Virus record (IMG/VR): IMGVR_UViG_3300008255_000003
Location: 65,897 to 129,896 of that record
DNA from: a virus
Direction: 5' to 3' (one strand)
DNA: 64,000 bases
The notes under the pieces are model-generated. The model did not search any database, was not told where the DNA came from, and saw only the letters and a program-made list of their open reading frames with translations. Position numbers and translations under genes: made by a program. The stretch's first letter is position 1. Each line of letters opens with the position of its first letter. Positions 53,700-63,845 of this stretch are shown in pieces.

Positions 53700-53909
53700 A
53701 TGTCACCTATGATGGATATTATTGAGAGCTATGTTCATGAGCGAGCTAACCTCAGACTGGCGCTAGAGGATGCCTCCAGGCTTAGTGATTCCAACGCTGA
53801 GCTTACTGAGGGTGAAATACCTACAGGGACACCATCAGGCTATATAGACTGCGTTAAAGTCGCCCTCATTGGCTTTGATGTTGACGGCAAGGATGTGAGA
53901 CATGGGTAG
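53700..53909 (+). CDS. Small hypothetical protein
   Basis: ATG after GAGG. Confidence 0.5.
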   Translation: MSPMMDIIESYVHERANLRLALEDASRLSDSNAELTEGEIPTGTPSGYIDCVKVALIGFDVDGKDVRHG

Positions 53910-54588
53910 CCCGCTAGATCGCTATCAGAATTTCCAGTTCCATCTGTTCGACATCACGCCGACCCAGTACGGTACAGACGTGACACCACTATTCATCATG
54001 AGCCCGCAAGCGGCATTCAGTGAGGTGTCTGAGCCCTCTATTGAGATTGACACTGTAGAGGTTAAGTCGGGCACCAGCCATATGCCCAGAACGGTCGTCA
54101 AGGCTGCCAAGTGCGCAAACATCACCCTGTCCAAGGGGCTCTATACTGGGGATCAGGAGTTTTACGACTGGGTTATGCAGGCTGTCTCTGGTCGTGGTCA
54201 GTACCGTAGGACGCTTGGGCTTGTGCAGATTCATGGTCAGCCTCTCGTGGTCGGAGGTGCTGAAATTAATAGCCAGCGCTATCTATCCATGATGGCATTG
54301 GCTGGACTTGCGTTTTCAGCTCAAGATCTTGACTCGAATAATGGTGATCTTGCATCTCCTATCATAGAGGCTGAAGCTTTGGTTGGTGGCTTCTTTGCTG
54401 GAAGGACGGGCATACACACTCCAGCCTGTAGGATCTGGACCCTTTATGACTGCATCCCTGTAAGCTATAACGCTGGTGATGGATTCTCTGCCACGAGCGA
54501 TGATGTCACCATAGCCTCGATAGAGATTTCTGTTGATGGCTTTGATGAATACTCTTTTGGTGTTAACGGAAACTTTACAGGAGTATGA
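53902..54588 (+). CDS. Second tail-tube paralogue (tube initiator-like)
   Basis: NFQFHL, FSEVSEP, ITLSKG, FYDW, WTLYDCIPVSY, FSATSDDVTIASIEI. Confidence 0.8.
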   Translation: MGSPLDRYQNFQFHLFDITPTQYGTDVTPLFIMSPQAAFSEVSEPSIEIDTVEVKSGTSHMPRTVVKAAKCANITLSKGLYTGDQEFYDWVMQAVSGRGQYRRTLGLVQIHGQPLVVGGAEINSQRYLSMMALAGLAFSAQDLDSNNGDLASPIIEAEALVGGFFAGRTGIHTPACRIWTLYDCIPVSYNAGDGFSATSDDVTIASIEISVDGFDEYSFGVNGNFTGV

Positions 54589-54595
54589 GGTAATT

Positions 54596-54796
54596 ATGTC
54601 AGCAGGCACGACATCGGCAAACGTCGCAACCCATGCCATGCCCATCGGCACAGCAAGGGTTAGGGTGGGGTTGATGACCCCGGAAGACCTTAAAAGAGCC
54701 TTGTCTAGGAAGGTTCTTGTTAGACGGCTTAAGGTTGAGGGTGACAAGTCAAGTCTGATCGAAGTTTTAGTTCCTGCGTCATTAGTTTTTAGTTAG
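54596..54796 (+). CDS. Small hypothetical protein
   Basis: ATG after GAGG; 66 aa. Confidence 0.45.
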   Translation: MSAGTTSANVATHAMPIGTARVRVGLMTPEDLKRALSRKVLVRRLKVEGDKSSLIEVLVPASLVFS

Positions 54797-54830
54797 CGGC
54801 CCTCATGGTTTGTTGTAACCTCCAATTCAG

Positions 54831-54849
54831 ACATGCAACGGTTGCACGT
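54831..54849. repeat. Dispersed palindrome, copy 19
   Basis: G-ACATGCAACGGTTGCACGT-C. Confidence 0.9.
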
Positions 54850-54866
54850 CTGAATTGGAGGTTTGT

Positions 54867-55931
54867 ATGAGTGGAGATAATTCCAAGGCGTCACCAGACA
54901 CTGAGATCATTAGTGATGAGTCTATCGACGAGATTATCAAGAAGCAGTCTGACGAAGTTCTTAAGGATCGTCTGAGGCGACTTGCACGAGAGCCTAAAGA
55001 GCGTCAGATCATCAAGGGTTGGAACGTCACGCAAGAGATAAGGCTGCCGTGTGGCATCCTGATGCCTGACGGCAGCGTTGAGCACTCAGTCACGCTCAAG
55101 GGCGCCACGGGCAAGCTTGATCTTGTGATTGAGGGTGGCAAGTCGGACGGCGGCTCGGTTGTGGAGCGCATCCTTGAGCCTTGCATTGTTGCCATTGGTG
55201 GCAATGAGGATAGGTCATTCATCCAGCGGTGCATCAGGGAGTATCTGCTATCGTCTGACGTGATGTATCTCTTGCTTAAGTTGCGCGAGATCACGCTTGA
55301 GACTCAGTATAGTTACAGGATTGAATGCCCCAAGTGTAACCATTCTGATGACTATGTGGCCTGGTCTGAGGATCTGACTTATTACATCCCGTGCATTCCT
55401 AGCGCTGATGCGAGGAAAGACGTTGCCAATATTGACTTCAAGGGCTTAAGCGTGGTCATTGAGTGGCATTGGGCCAACCAAGGTGACTCCTCTTACCTGC
55501 GCGATCTTGCCAAGATGCTAGAGAGGCGCTCCAAGGAATCAGCTAAGCCCTCTAAGCGTAGACGACTTGAATCTGATGAGTCTCAGGATGTGGATCTCAT
55601 TACGGCATTCTTCATCATGCGTGTCGATAAGATCACTGGCCCTGACGGTAGCGTGGTGAGGTTCGGGCGATGCGCCAACACCACTGTGTCTGAGGATGGT
55701 GTGAGGACGCTATCAAATCTGGACACGATCGAATATGTGCAGACGCTGCCTTACTCGGTGCGCTCTGAGTTCGTGAGCATTGTTGAGGAGAAAGAGCCTG
55801 ATGTTGACCTTAGCTTCACCTTCTCCTGCAAAAGCTGCACTCACGGCCTGGAGGCTGATGCTTACCCTTTGGACCCGGCGACCTGGCGACCAAAAGTCAG
55901 GTCTTACAAGCCGACAGACCAGACGGCCTAG
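54867..55931 (+). CDS. Tail/baseplate-hub assembly chaperone (T4 gp26-like)
   Basis: LPCG, LLSSDVMYLLLKLREIT, CPKC and CKSC motifs; between tubes and tape measure. Confidence 0.7.
   Translation: MSGDNSKASPDTEIISDESIDEIIKKQSDEVLKDRLRRLAREPKERQIIKGWNVTQEIRLPCGILMPDGSVEHSVTLKGATGKLDLVIEGGKSDGGSVVERILEPCIVAIGGNEDRSFIQRCIREYLLSSDVMYLLLKLREITLETQYSYRIECPKCNHSDDYVAWSEDLTYYIPCIPSADARKDVANIDFKGLSVVIEWHWANQGDSSYLRDLAKMLERRSKESAKPSKRRRLESDESQDVDLITAFFIMRVDKITGPDGSVVRFGRCANTTVSEDGVRTLSNLDTIEYVQTLPYSVRSEFVSIVEEKEPDVDLSFTFSCKSCTHGLEADAYPLDPATWRPKVRSYKPTDQTA
55865..55903 (+). promoter_or_regulatory. Predicted -1 ribosomal frameshift signal
   Basis: In-frame C-CCT-TTG heptamer (X XXY YYZ), 8-nt spacer, 8-bp stem GACCTGGC/GTCAGGTC. 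Confidence 0.6.
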
Positions 55932-56314
55932 CATCAAGTGATGTCTTTAGCCGCTTCGACATCTTCAAGGCCCTTCCACAAAAGCGCAGGATCAAGCTCT
56001 GGCTCCAGGGATTTTCCCTGCAAGAGTATTGGCTGCGCTATCGCATGGAAGACCTTGGTGGTGGCCATATCTTCAAGCTGAGCTATGGCCACAAGATCCC
56101 AAGCCACTTCCTTGGGCCTTATGGGACGCATGAGAGGTGCCTTGGCCACCTTGAGCGAGCAGCTTTTATTGCTGCTAACACATCGGTCACGTTCGACCAG
56201 GCGCTTGAGATGCCGGAGAGTGTGTCAGTATTGATGCTAGAGGCCATCAATAAGAATCGTGACTTTAGTGGTGAGCTGTTGTCTACCTTACTGAGGTCAT
56301 TGCGCGGCAAGTAG
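55868..56314 (+). CDS. Frameshift extension of the tail chaperone (track ORF 56045-56314 is its 3' part)
   Basis: The -1 frame is open from 55859 to 56314; ATG 56045 has no SD; FIAANTSVTFDQALEMP resembles second-part tail chaperones. Confidence 0.6.
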   Translation, partial: FGPGDLATKSQVLQADRPDGLASSDVFSRFDIFKALPQKRRIKLWLQGFSLQEYWLRYRMEDLGGGHIFKLSYGHKIPSHFLGPYGTHERCLGHLERAAFIAANTSVTFDQALEMPESVSVLMLEAINKNRDFSGELLSTLLRSLRGK

Positions 56315-56326
56315 TTTGGAGTAAGT

Positions 56327-56677
56327 ATGCACAAGCCTTGGTCTTTTGATGCCACAGCATCTAATGGTGTGGCCTATCCATTCGTCGTCATTGCAGGACT
56401 AAAGGCGCACCCTTGTCCTGGTGATGTACTGAGACTTCTTATTGTACCTCACCCCCAGCACGCGGCCTGTCTTGAGGCCTTGGCACTTCATGGCAACGGT
56501 CGTGAGGTAGCATTGGTCTTTGGTACTAGTCTGGCTGACGCTGAGAGGTATTATTACATCGTCACGACTGCTGATGAGGATCTTGTCTATCTCATGCCTA
56601 GTGATCTTAATAACAAGGCTATGCCGCCCCCCAGCAAGTTCCTTAATGAGCCCTTCAACATTATATTGCCCTGGTGA
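56327..56677 (+). CDS. Hypothetical protein
   Basis: ATG after GGAG. Confidence 0.55.
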   Translation: MHKPWSFDATASNGVAYPFVVIAGLKAHPCPGDVLRLLIVPHPQHAACLEALALHGNGREVALVFGTSLADAERYYYIVTTADEDLVYLMPSDLNNKAMPPPSKFLNEPFNIILPW

Positions 56678-56683
56678 TAATCA

Positions 56684-59600
56684 ATGGCCACACGCAAGAA
56701 ATTCACATCTATGCTTATGGGCTTTGATCTTCAAGAATCAAAGACGGTTAAGCGACTTGAGGCGATGGCCACTTCACTCACTAAGGTAGATCTTCGCCTT
56801 GACTCCATTAAAGACTCTGGTGCCAAGGCTTTTAAATTTGTGACTGACGCGGCTTCGTTGAGGGGTGTGTCAAGGCTTGGCCAGGGGCTCAACCGCCTTG
56901 GTGATGAAGTTAACAGCACGGTAAGGCTTTCGAGTTCACTGGATAGCACCTTCGCGGCCAGCGCCAAGAGCGGTATGCAGCTTGCTGCAAGCGCAAGACT
57001 TACGGGTAAAGAGCTAAGGAAATTTGAGAAAGACACGTCTGTCTTCTACTCGCTCAATGTTGGTGCCGAAGAGGTCCAGAAGACTTGGCTTGCGCTTAAT
57101 GATGCGGGGCTAAAGGTTGAGGATCTTGGCTTTAAGAACCTCGGTGAGATGACCAAGTTTCTTCAAGTTGCAGGCATGGACGGCGAGGCGTTCGTCAAGC
57201 AAATGGAAGGCTTGGTGAATGGCTTTGGATTCAAGCCCAAGGAAGCGCGACAGCTCGCGGATGAGATCCTTTACATCGGCAGAAGCGCTGGCGTCGGTGC
57301 AAAGTTCATGTCAGCCATGCCTGAAGCATTGGCTTCATTTAACGAGGAGTTCAGGAAGGTTAACCCTAACGTCGATGCCAAGACGTTCATGCAATATAAC
57401 AGATCGATGTTCCTTCTGGCTGCCGCCGCTGAGGAAGCTGGTGCGAGCGCTGAGGATGCGATCTCTCAATCTAGGGCGCTTTTCACCACGCTATCTCAGT
57501 CTAAGGTCCAGTTCCGCGACCTAATGGTGGGTAAGGGTGGAGGCCTGCCAGAGCAGTTTAAAAATGAGTTGATGGCGCTTGGTGACTTCAACATTAGCGA
57601 CAAGCCCCTAGAGTTTATCGAGATCTTGTCGAAGAATTATGCGTCATTCAATGATGAGCAGAAGCAGTTTGCCAGTGCATGGCTGACTGAGAATATGGGC
57701 GCTGACCTTGACTGGCTTGTGAAGGGCAACTGGGACAAGGTGAGCGCGCGCATTAAGGGCGTGTCTGAGTCTATGGGTGATGCGGCTGGCGAAGCTAATC
57801 GTATGGCCAAGTTCTACCGTGACGGCCTCACAGACCAAGATCGTTATAATCGACTCAATGAGCAGCTTGAGCACTCGATGACCGGGCTATCTCGCAAGAT
57901 GGGCGTCCAGGGCGATTTGCTCAAGATGCAGGCGAGCGCGAATAAGGCAGTCATCAGCACCATGAGGACGCTGGTTAACCTTCATGACAATGGCAAGACT
58001 GAGGTTAAGCTGTTTGGCTTGAGGCTTCGGGATGCCAATGGTGAGGTTACGAAGTCTGGTGAGGCGGCAGCATTCGCCACCAAAGCATTCCTTGGTTATA
58101 AGACCGCTGGAATCAGGGGCATGACGATCGCCATAGTCAACAGTCTATCTAAGCATAAGAAATTCCAGGCCATGCTGGGCAAGGACAGCAAGAAGATCGC
58201 TGGCATTGCTGGTGAGGTCATGGCGTTAGCTCCTCAGATCCTCACCATGATTGCGACATTGAGATTGGCTGGACTTGGCTTTGGCGGCTTAGGTCCATTG
58301 ATCTTGCCTGCGATGGTCCTAGGTGGTGGGTTCCTGGCTCTTGAGAAGGGCTACAAGGGCGGCATTAAGGGGTTTCTTAAAGATGCTTCGGCGTGGACGC
58401 AGAAAGAGCTTCCGAAGCTAATCCCCAAGGTAAAGGCTGGATTGTCTGCCGCCTTTAGTAAGGCTGAGGAGTATGTTGGGCCTGTCAAAACCCTTCTCAT
58501 GACCTTGGGCAAGGTGCTGTTTGCTGAGCTGTCAAAGATTGACTTTAATGCCATCGCGGGCAAAGCGGGCGGCATTGGTAAGTCGGTGCTTGGCATGATT
58601 GAAAGTGTAGACTGGGATGCTGTGGGTAAATCTGCCGCTAATGGTCTGACGTGGGCCTTTGGCAAGGCGTTTGAGGCCGCAGAGGTTGCGGCTCCAGTCT
58701 TGGGTAATGCGGCATATAAGTTCATCAAGGCCATTCTTTCGAGCGCCTTTGACTATATGGCGAGTGATAAGTCGTCAGGCGAGAAATTCGAGGGTATCGG
58801 CAAATTCTTGGGCGGCATGTTGGCCGCAGGCATTGGTCTTAAGCTAGTGGGCGCACTCACGGGCTCAAAGCTCATTAAGGGTGTTGGCGGGGCTCTCCTG
58901 AAGCCCTTTGCTATGGTGCTTGGCGTCCTTGGTAAGGGTGGTCTTGCCAAGAGCGCGGGTCGCCTTGGCAAGCTAAGCAAATTCCTAGGCCCCATCTTTG
59001 CGATCGGGACGTTCCTATTTGAGCTTCCCACCATCATAAGCTCGATCACAGACCTTGTGAGCAAGGGGACTTCTGCCACCAATGAGGAGATTCTCGCTTC
59101 TGGTAAGCGCCTGGCGAAGAGCTTTCTAACCATCCTTGATAATCTTTTCTTTGGCATTCCTGGCATGGTGGGCGAGTACCTTGGCCTTACTCAAGGCACG
59201 CTCTCAAACTTCTACACCTTCATGGTTTTGAAGTTTGAGATGGGCATGTTGACGATAGTTAATTCGGGTAAGAATCTATGGTTATCTATGAAGATGATCT
59301 GGACTTTTATTAAAATGGCCGCCGTGTTCTCTTTTGATTTAATCAGGGTCGCGGGTCTTAAAGCCTTCGCGCTTGTTTCAGATGCGGCGCTTGGTTTTGC
59401 TGAGAATGTGGAGCGAGGCTTGAGGGTCATAGGTGGTGTTGGTGGCACCTTCCTTGGCAACTTCGTCTATGACATCAAGAGCAAGCTACTGGACGCGGAG
59501 GATCTCTTCTCTAGGTTTAAGTTTGTAGTTGTGGGCGTCTTTGCGAGCATGGCTGAGGGTATTGAGGACGGCATCATCTCGCAGCTTCAGTTGATGCGAA

Positions 59601-60289
59601 GCCTCATGATGCAAATGCCAGCCGCCATACGTTCTCGCATCCCTGGTGCGAGTGAGTTCTTGACGATGGACCTTGAGAAGTTGAGGCTCACCAAGAAACT
59701 TAACCTTGATGAGAAGTCACGAACCAAGCAAGAAGATGATCGTCAGCGCGACATACTCAAGCGCAGGACAGATCTTGAGGACTCAAGGGCTAGGTTGCTA
59801 AACAGTGTCAACGCCATGTCAAGCGCACCTACGACGTTCAGCTCTGAGCGTAAGAGGTTGAAGGCTAGCTTGGCTAGTGAGATTAGCTCTGTAGAGGCGA
59901 GCAGTAGAAAGTCGTTTAGTGGCTTTATTAATGAGGGCAAAGGTTATGCTGCCGAGCAGTCTGACAATGACGCCTTTCTGCTCAAGTCGTCCAAGGCTAA
60001 CGACGCTGAGTTTGATAAGACTTTCATGGCAAATGATCTTGCTGATAGCAATTCAGCTAAGGCTGCCAGTGCTAAGACGCCAATTCCACCAGTCCCGAAG
60101 CCAGTTGCGACCAAGCCTAAAGTGACCATTGAGGCCCCGGATCTAAGCTCTGATGAGCTGGCCAAGATTAGCTCTAAGGGCTTCAATAACATCACTGGTG
60201 GCCTTGCTTCGGTGGCAGACATCCTCAAGGGCGGCATCAAGGTGATCTTGCCACCTACGAGCAAGAGGCCAAGTGACGATGGGATCTAA
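56684..60289 (+). CDS. Tape measure protein
   Basis: 1201 aa, A/G/L/K-rich, helical, with hydrophobic segments; position after the chaperone. Confidence 0.85.
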   Translation: MATRKKFTSMLMGFDLQESKTVKRLEAMATSLTKVDLRLDSIKDSGAKAFKFVTDAASLRGVSRLGQGLNRLGDEVNSTVRLSSSLDSTFAASAKSGMQLAASARLTGKELRKFEKDTSVFYSLNVGAEEVQKTWLALNDAGLKVEDLGFKNLGEMTKFLQVAGMDGEAFVKQMEGLVNGFGFKPKEARQLADEILYIGRSAGVGAKFMSAMPEALASFNEEFRKVNPNVDAKTFMQYNRSMFLLAAAAEEAGASAEDAISQSRALFTTLSQSKVQFRDLMVGKGGGLPEQFKNELMALGDFNISDKPLEFIEILSKNYASFNDEQKQFASAWLTENMGADLDWLVKGNWDKVSARIKGVSESMGDAAGEANRMAKFYRDGLTDQDRYNRLNEQLEHSMTGLSRKMGVQGDLLKMQASANKAVISTMRTLVNLHDNGKTEVKLFGLRLRDANGEVTKSGEAAAFATKAFLGYKTAGIRGMTIAIVNSLSKHKKFQAMLGKDSKKIAGIAGEVMALAPQILTMIATLRLAGLGFGGLGPLILPAMVLGGGFLALEKGYKGGIKGFLKDASAWTQKELPKLIPKVKAGLSAAFSKAEEYVGPVKTLLMTLGKVLFAELSKIDFNAIAGKAGGIGKSVLGMIESVDWDAVGKSAANGLTWAFGKAFEAAEVAAPVLGNAAYKFIKAILSSAFDYMASDKSSGEKFEGIGKFLGGMLAAGIGLKLVGALTGSKLIKGVGGALLKPFAMVLGVLGKGGLAKSAGRLGKLSKFLGPIFAIGTFLFELPTIISSITDLVSKGTSATNEEILASGKRLAKSFLTILDNLFFGIPGMVGEYLGLTQGTLSNFYTFMVLKFEMGMLTIVNSGKNLWLSMKMIWTFIKMAAVFSFDLIRVAGLKAFALVSDAALGFAENVERGLRVIGGVGGTFLGNFVYDIKSKLLDAEDLFSRFKFVVVGVFASMAEGIEDGIISQLQLMRSLMMQMPAAIRSRIPGASEFLTMDLEKLRLTKKLNLDEKSRTKQEDDRQRDILKRRTDLEDSRARLLNSVNAMSSAPTTFSSERKRLKASLASEISSVEASSRKSFSGFINEGKGYAAEQSDNDAFLLKSSKANDAEFDKTFMANDLADSNSAKAASAKTPIPPVPKPVATKPKVTIEAPDLSSDELAKISSKGFNNITGGLASVADILKGGIKVILPPTSKRPSDDGI

Positions 60290-60320
60290 AGCCTATCCAC
60301 CATGCCATTAAGGAGTTTCG

Positions 60321-60662
60321 ATGAGTGAAGAGCAGACAGTGAAGTTTAGGCGGGCATCATTCGTTCGTAACTTGGACCTTGTAGGCTTGGATGATGCTAC
60401 GGTCTTCATGGATTACAGGCCGCCCGTCATCATCCCGCAGCCAGAAGATCGGGTGGTCTATCTTGAGAACAGGCAGTGGCCTGATGAGGTGTCACGTCAA
60501 TACCTTGGTGATGCAAACCTGTGGTGGATAATCGCAGCCGTAAACGGCATCATCGACCCTATGGTTGAGCTTTACCCCGGACGAAAGATCACCATCCCTG
60601 GCGCGCGCCGCATCAGGGCTCTCATTCAGGCTGACGGCAAGATAGGACTGGACGGCAGATGA
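60321..60662 (+). CDS. LysM-like/gp53-type baseplate protein
   Basis: VSRQYLGDANLWWIIAAVNGI.DP...L.PG..I.IP. Confidence 0.8.
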   Translation: MSEEQTVKFRRASFVRNLDLVGLDDATVFMDYRPPVIIPQPEDRVVYLENRQWPDEVSRQYLGDANLWWIIAAVNGIIDPMVELYPGRKITIPGARRIRALIQADGKIGLDGR

Positions 60663-62026
60663 ATTACAACTACAGCAACCCCACCGTTGACGTGTACTTT
60701 GAGACTAAGGGCAAGCGCCGTGTAAGCTTTACAGCTTGGGATAAGGCTTACTTCATAGGGTCAGCCGCCAGGCGCCTAGACTTCACCAAAGAGCTTACGC
60801 TGCCCATTCTGACGTCGATAGAGACTAAGGTTCTGCTGGGCACTGCCAATACGATAAACGTTGGCCTTAAGCTGCCTAAGTCTTTGTTTGAGTACATTGT
60901 GGAAGATGCGCTCGATCTCTTCCAAATAGGCTCAATGATCTTTGTGTCTTACGGATATGGCAACATGAGGACGCGGGAGTTTAGCGCTGTGGTTGGTTTT
61001 CCAACGGTGACGTTTGATGATGCCTCGGTTGTGTCGATGAGTATGGAGGGCAGTGGGGCGTTGTGGTTTGCCTCTAGAATTGAGACTGATCTAGCAAAGA
61101 AAGGTGTACGGACTGACGGTTGGACATGCCTTGAGATTCTTACTCAGATCTGTGAGTCGCACCGTTGTGAGATCTACACGCTTAACAGCGCTGGGGATGA
61201 GGTGCCGCTGCTCGGTGGGGTGGTTCCTAATGGTTATGAGAACCTAAGCTCTAAAATCAGCTATCAGCCCACGGTCGGCAAAGACTTTCAGCTCCTGAAG
61301 AATGTGATCATCCAGACCGCCAACTATAACTATTATATGTCTGGTAACAGGCTGGTGGTGTTTAATCCCAAGGTCACATCAGGCGCGCGAGCTATCCCAA
61401 CGTTTGAATATGGTGGCAGGGGGTTTGTTGAGAATGGGATCTACCCCATACAGTCAGCCTCGATCGAAAACTCTGGCGAGGCGTTCCCTATGGCCGCTCG
61501 CAAGATTAAGTCGTCAGACATCGACCCCGCATCGAAAAAGAAGAGCACCATTGAGGTCAGCAATGGCGATCCTGACATCAATCAGCCTCATAATAAGAGG
61601 TTTGGCCTGTCTGAGACGAAGAATGCTCTTGGTGACGAGATAGCCAGCGAGAAGGGGCACACTGTCTCTATGGCTGCCGATGATCCTAGGCGAAAGCAGC
61701 GTCTCGTGAGTGAGAAGCAGGAGAGTCTTGAGCTGGCAGGCCTTCAAATTACGCTTGAGGTCTTAGGGATGCCAGAGCTAACACCTGGCCAGGTCATCAG
61801 GGTTCTAGGTCTTACAAGGCTATACAACGGCAGTTATTATTTGAAGGAAGTGACACACCGCTTTGACGGGTCTGGATATAAGACCACATTGGGCGGATTC
61901 ACTGCTGGCGTTGGAGAGTCGGCTAACGCGCTACTGAGCGAGTATCAGGGCACTGGTGTTCCTGCTGATACTGGCGTTGTGCTTCCACCACAGGCTGACC
62001 GTATGACGGCCACGCCGCAGGAGTGA
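60659..62026 (+). CDS. Baseplate hub protein (gp27/late control D-like)
   Basis: VLGMPELTPGQVIRVLGL...NGSYYLKEVTHRF..SGYKT. Confidence 0.8.
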   Translation: MNYNYSNPTVDVYFETKGKRRVSFTAWDKAYFIGSAARRLDFTKELTLPILTSIETKVLLGTANTINVGLKLPKSLFEYIVEDALDLFQIGSMIFVSYGYGNMRTREFSAVVGFPTVTFDDASVVSMSMEGSGALWFASRIETDLAKKGVRTDGWTCLEILTQICESHRCEIYTLNSAGDEVPLLGGVVPNGYENLSSKISYQPTVGKDFQLLKNVIIQTANYNYYMSGNRLVVFNPKVTSGARAIPTFEYGGRGFVENGIYPIQSASIENSGEAFPMAARKIKSSDIDPASKKKSTIEVSNGDPDINQPHNKRFGLSETKNALGDEIASEKGHTVSMAADDPRRKQRLVSEKQESLELAGLQITLEVLGMPELTPGQVIRVLGLTRLYNGSYYLKEVTHRFDGSGYKTTLGGFTAGVGESANALLSEYQGTGVPADTGVVLPPQADRMTATPQE

Positions 62027-62893
62027 GTGATGTTATCAAGGTTCATAAGCAGGTTACGCGAGTATGGCCTTGAGGCTCTCGATCTCTATTATGGCATCTA
62101 TACTGGCGAGGTGTCTGACATTAACGATCCTGAAGGTCTTGGGCGCATCAGGGTTATCGTGCCGTCGATTCACAATGACGGTGATGAGCCCCTTCCTTGG
62201 GGCTTTCCTGCGTCGCAAGGATTTGTGAACAATGGCGCGGGTTATGGCACGGCGTCACTTCCGAGGGTGGGCGATAACGTCTGGGTTGTCTTTAGGTTCG
62301 GTAAGCTCCAGTCACCAGTCTACCTCAACGGTTGGTGGGCTAAGGGTGAGATGCCTGACGAGTTGAACGATCCGAAGATCCAAGGTTTTAAAACTGAGTC
62401 TGGCCACTTATCAGTCTGGCAGGATGGCGACGCCCCCTATGTCGAACACAAGCACGCGGGCGGATCTCATATCAGGATAAGCTCAGACGGCGCCATTCTT
62501 ATTGAGACTCAAGATGGTGATCTTATTGAGCTTAAGCCTGGTCAGTCTATCGAGGTCAAGACAGGTTCGGCACAGGTAAAGCTCACATCTTCGTCTATCA
62601 TATCAAAGCTAGGGTCAAGCAGCGTCAAGCTTAGCAGGACTGGTGTTGAGGTTGCTGCTACTGGGGATGTTAAGCTGAGCGCTCCAGTTGTCACCATAGA
62701 CGGCAAGGCATCAGTGAGTCTTGGTTCTGGCGCGTCTTCGCCCCTGGTCAAGGGTGATGTGCTCTATGCGTTCCTAGTTGCATGGTTTACATGGATGTCT
62801 ACACACACACATACGGCGCCTAACGTACCGCCCACCGTGCCGCCTCCAGTGCCGCCATTCTCAATCTTGTCTTTCCTGTCTAGGACCAAGTGA
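62027..62893 (+). CDS. Baseplate spike (gp5/gpV/VgrG OB-fold)
   Basis: YYGIYTGEV....DPEGLGRIRV, LPRVGDNVWVVF...P.Y..GW, beta-repeat and HTHT end motif. Confidence 0.9.
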   Translation: MMLSRFISRLREYGLEALDLYYGIYTGEVSDINDPEGLGRIRVIVPSIHNDGDEPLPWGFPASQGFVNNGAGYGTASLPRVGDNVWVVFRFGKLQSPVYLNGWWAKGEMPDELNDPKIQGFKTESGHLSVWQDGDAPYVEHKHAGGSHIRISSDGAILIETQDGDLIELKPGQSIEVKTGSAQVKLTSSSIISKLGSSSVKLSRTGVEVAATGDVKLSAPVVTIDGKASVSLGSGASSPLVKGDVLYAFLVAWFTWMSTHTHTAPNVPPTVPPPVPPFSILSFLSRTK

Positions 62894-62974
62894 AAATTAA
62901 GTGTCAGAGCGCTCATTAATATTGTATCTATGCAAGGGAGATGCGTTGTCTCCCTGTTTACATTTGGAGGCCCT

Positions 62975-63808
62975 ATGCTTAATTCGGATCACGCTTGGTT
63001 GGCATCGAAAGACGTCCCTACGTTCAGAGGGCTAGATGCGCTGGACAGCTTCAATGACGAGATGATGAATCTTGATCTTTGCGCGCAGAGTGACTACTGG
63101 CGACACGCTGATCGTTATCGCGTTTTGATGCTCAACTTTTGGAGCAATCATTACGTCAGGGTGATGGGCCAGTATAAGGTCAGGTGCAATCAGCTAGAAG
63201 CTACCCGCTGTTTCGTTGCAGGTGATGTTGTTTACCACACTAGTGAGCTGTTTAAATGGCGTTGGCCATGTGCTGAGGTTGTTGGTGATTTTCATGTCCT
63301 TGACCTCGATCGACTTAACGAGGTCAAGGTCGTCTATGGTGTGGATCCTGAGACGGCGGGCGCCATCCATCTCACTGAGAGCTTTGATGCGACAACGAGC
63401 CCATTCCCCAAATTCGGCGTCTGGTTTGTTGATGAGCTTCACCACCAGCTATGGAAAGAGCATTACAGGCTCAGTTTTCGCTATCCTGGCGGTGGTCTTG
63501 CTATTCGGTTTGAGAAGCTGGTGAGCGAGCTTGATCTTCGTCTTAAATATCTACCCCGTCTTTTGGTGTATGGATATGACCATCACAACTGCCTTCGACC
63601 TGCATTTTATGTGAATAGGGATGTACGCTTGCCGGATGTTTTGACTGCTAATTTCCTGACCACCAACTCGCTCAAATTGTCGGCCAATCCTCACACGCTT
63701 GGCGAGCTTCACAAAGCCGCGCTTAACTGGTGTGATTACCACACCCTCAAGCATTTCGACCCGCTCTACTATCAGGAGAAGCTGAGACTTTTCTTAGGCG
63801 CCTACTGA
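62975..63808 (+). CDS. Hypothetical protein
   Basis: ATG 62975 after GGAGG. Confidence 0.65.
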   Translation: MLNSDHAWLASKDVPTFRGLDALDSFNDEMMNLDLCAQSDYWRHADRYRVLMLNFWSNHYVRVMGQYKVRCNQLEATRCFVAGDVVYHTSELFKWRWPCAEVVGDFHVLDLDRLNEVKVVYGVDPETAGAIHLTESFDATTSPFPKFGVWFVDELHHQLWKEHYRLSFRYPGGGLAIRFEKLVSELDLRLKYLPRLLVYGYDHHNCLRPAFYVNRDVRLPDVLTANFLTTNSLKLSANPHTLGELHKAALNWCDYHTLKHFDPLYYQEKLRLFLGAY

Positions 63809-63845
63809 GAAGGTTGAGTTTGAGGCGCAAGAGTCTAAGATGTGG

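Noticed and set aside
54850-63845. Degenerate palindromes in the 9-kb gap (e.g. TGCAGCTTGCTGCA near 56976)
   Set aside because: Wrong spacing or half-sites only; not counted
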